A DNA stretch of 64,000 bases from Squalus acanthias (taxonomy: Eukaryota). Below, in pieces: positions 61,207-64,000 of this stretch. The notes below the pieces were generated by a model. It saw only the letters and a list, made by a program, of their open reading frames with translations, was not told the DNA's origin and ran no database searches. Where the stretch lies: contig CM059432.1 in assembly GCA_030390025.1 (NCBI GenBank), positions 45,572,001-45,636,000 of the forward strand, written 5' to 3'. Both the position numbers and the translations under genes were made by a program. How positions within the stretch are numbered: position 1 is the first letter of the stretch; every line of letters starts with the position of its first letter.

Positions 61207-62279
61207 TTGTCAGACACGACCTTCCCTTAACAAATCCGTGCTGACTATCCTTGATTAATCCGTGTCTTTCTAAATGTCTTCTATGTCTGTAATTTTTGAA
61301 AGAAGTAGAGCTGACCAAATCACATTCCTGCACTTCTGCAAACAAAAAGGGATGTGATGAAAATGTCAAAGGGTGGAGTGTCCCAGGCTTAATGATAATA
61401 TTGTTGACTGAAAGTAGGCAGGCAGCCATTCACCTGTGACCACACTTCTGGTCAAACTACACGCTGTCCCTGAGCACTTTTCCAAATCACACAATAATTT
61501 TATACTAGATATAGTCCTAGAGTGGGAAAGGATTAGAACAGTGCTGCAATAACCTGACAAGAGTCTTGCATTTTAGACTTAGTGAAGTGTAAAAACCACA
61601 ATGCAGACTCATGGTGAGAATTATCAGATCTGACGGGCACACAATGTGACAATTGTAAGTAGTTTTAAAAATGTGAGATGTCATTCAGGTTTTGAGACTT
61701 CAGTTGCAACATGTTGGTACATGAATCACTTACAAAACCCTGATTTTAAGATAAGCGCCGGAATTTTCACATTAAAGAGAGTGCAGGTTCGCGAGCGGGT
61801 CAGCATTTAAAAGTGCTGAAATTGACAGCGTGTCAGGAAACTACCTTCATCCTCCAACTTCCGCGTGCGCCACGGAGCCGCTCGGGAGAGGTTGGCGACC
61901 TTACTGAAGTAGTTAACAGCTCATTGAGAGACCCTTAAGAGGGTTTTTAACCTGAGGTTTCAGCTTTTACTGCTTGTGCACGGGATTCACGGACTTCCTG
62001 AAGCTCGCCTGTGAAGGCAAGGCGAGAGCTCAGCAGCCATTGTGCGAGTTCATTAATTGACAGCTGGAAAAAGCACATAAATACTCACACCTTACACATG
62101 CTTCCTTGCCGAAGGGAAAGGCTCTGGCTGACACCATTTGGTGCAGAGATTTTGCTTTAGGAGTTTGCAGGTGATATCTACAGTTTCGGAAGTTACTCTC
62201 CCTACATTGGACGTCACTCTCATTACATTGGAGGACTGTGCCTCTGATCTTCATTTTAACTGGCATCTATCAGATCATC

Positions 62280-63920
62280 ATGGGTGCTACTTATGCTGTT
62301 TCACCTTGGACCTCAGATATGGACCAAGATGAGCCCCAGCACCAACACCAGCAACAACACCAGCAGCCTTCTCCTCACTGACCTGATGCTCCACAGGAGA
62401 GAGGGGATCAGTACAGGGGTGCACCTCGCCGGAGGCAATACCCCCAACACAGGGTATACAGGCAGAGGATGAGCTTCCCGGACATGACTGAACAGCAGTG
62501 CTTCAGGAGGCTCAGGCTATCGTGTCAGGTCATTTCAGACATTTGTAGCTTGCTGTAAGAAGACCTGCTGTCCAGAGGACCTGGTGGACACGCCTTACCA
62601 GTGGCTGTCAAAGTCACCATTGCCCTCAACTTCTTCGCCTTAGGCTCCTTCCAGGGATCTGTAGCAGTCATTTGCAGGATCTTGCAGTCGGACGCCCAGA
62701 AATGCATCACCCAGGTGACCGATACCATGTTTCACAAGTTAGCCACTTATGTACACTTTGCCACTGATAAAGCCAGTGTTACTGAGCGGGCGCTTGGCTT
62801 TGCGGCTCTGGCTGAATTCCCACAAGTGCAGGGCATCATTGATTGCACACATTTGACCATCAAGTCACCCCCATATCACCCAGGAGTGTTCCTGAACTGG
62901 AAGGGCTTCTACTTCCTCAATGTGCAATTTGTCTGCAACCATAAAAGAGCATCATGCATGTGTGTGCCAGATTCCCAGGGAGCTGTCATGACTCTTTTGT
63001 CCTGCACCAGTCCACCCTCCCACAGCAATTTGCATCTCCAAACAGACATACCGGCTGGCTGCTTGGAGACAAGGGCTATCCACTGAAGTTGTGGATGATG
63101 ACATAAACATAGAAACATAGAATCTAGGAGCAGGAGTAGGCCATTCGGCCCGTCGAGCCTGCTCCGCCATTCAATACGATCATGGCTGATCATCCAAATC
63201 CAGTACCCTGTCCCTGCTTTAATCCCCACAGTACACATATCCCACCCTACCCCCGTAACCCCACGTATTTAATTCCCCCTAACATATCCCATCCTATCCC
63301 CATAACCCCACATATTTAATCCCCCCTAACACTAAGGGTCAATTTATCATAGCCAAATCAACCTAACCCACACATTTTTGGACTGTGGGAGGAAACCGGA
63401 GCACCCGGAGGAAACCCACGCAGACACGGGGAGAATGTGCAAACTCCACACAGACAGTCACCCGAGGTCAGATTCGAACCCGGGTCTCTGGCGCTGTGAG
63501 GCACCAGTGCTAACCACTATGCCACCGTGTTGCCCACTCATGACACTCTTGAGGAGGCCAAGCAATGAGGCCGAGGAGCGCTATAATCAAAGCCACATGA
63601 TGACCAGATGTGTCACAGAGCAAGCAATCAGAATGCTGAAGATGCACACCAGATGCCTGGACAGATCTGGAGGAGCCCTTCAGTACGCACCATCCAGGGT
63701 CTCCAGAATGATCATCGTATGCTGCGCGCTGCACAACAAAGCGCAGCAGTGAAGATTGGAGCTGCAGAAAGAGCAAGGCGCAGAGCGCACAGTCTCTTTC
63801 GAGGAGCAGGTGGAACACGAGGAGGAGGAGGAGGACCCTGAGGTGGAGATGGCACCAGCAGCAGCACACATTGCTGCCCAGGAGGCCTGGGATGGCCTCA
63901 TAATGGCACGATTTAGTTAA
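62280..63920 (+). pseudogene. Harbinger transposase of a different subfamily (copy E; element starts at ~61750 and runs out of the window)
   Basis: GHALPVAVKVTIALNFFALGSFQG; FPQVQGIIDCTHL; NWKGFYFLNVQFVC; GDKGYP; TEQAIRMLKMHTRCLD; CCALHN. Confidence 0.9.
63103..63535 (-). mobile_element. HE1-like V-SINE inserted in the transposase of copy E
   Basis: Head and V-core nearly identical to 17803-18125; different CR1-type 3' end and (CTATGTTT)n tail; internal ~45-bp duplication. Confidence 0.92.
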
Positions 63921-64000
63921 GTTGCACCAGTGCACCGATCTGGCTCCAAGATGCTGAACCAACTTCCCCACCCACCTCCACCAACACCACAAAGCAGTCC

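Larger units (their letters stand above)
59559..61285 (-). mobile_element. CR1 3' fragment (RT, 3' UTR and tail) interrupted by a Penelope fragment
   Basis: QHGFVKGRSCLT; YMDFSKAFDKVPH; GVPQGSVLGP; KFADDTK; (CATAGAAT)n tail. Confidence 0.93.

Overview
Repeat-saturated, eukaryotic DNA in which I could not identify any host exon. It is most likely from a shark or ray, based on HE1-like V-SINEs, esterase-bearing CR1 LINEs, and L2, Penelope and Harbinger elements. The centrepiece is a nearly complete, young endogenous retrovirus at 27604-42031. It has ~1.68 kb TG...CA LTRs, a 4-bp ACAT target-site duplication (TSD) and an 18-nt tRNA-Arg(UCG) primer-binding site (PBS), and it is inserted into the YADD motif of an L2 LINE. 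Gag has a coiled coil, an overlapping PSAP/PPxY late domain and a CCHC knuckle, and joins Pol in frame at a UGA-CUAG junction. Pol has a spuma-like RT, a degenerate plus an intact RNase H, and an integrase. Env lacks orthoretroviral TM hallmarks and instead resembles a paramyxo/pneumovirus F-type fusogen, preceded by an immunoglobulin-like domain. This best fits a lokiretrovirus-like lineage with an Ig-decorated envelope. Three further solo LTRs of the same family lie in the window, one of them inside the provirus integrase. The window also holds five decayed Harbinger transposons (one nested in another), several CR1/L2 copies, a 107 x 30-bp indel-free tandem array fused to a CR1 ORF1, and a Penelope fragment with a minimal hammerhead ribozyme. 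All family assignments come from motif recognition by eye; no database searches were run.
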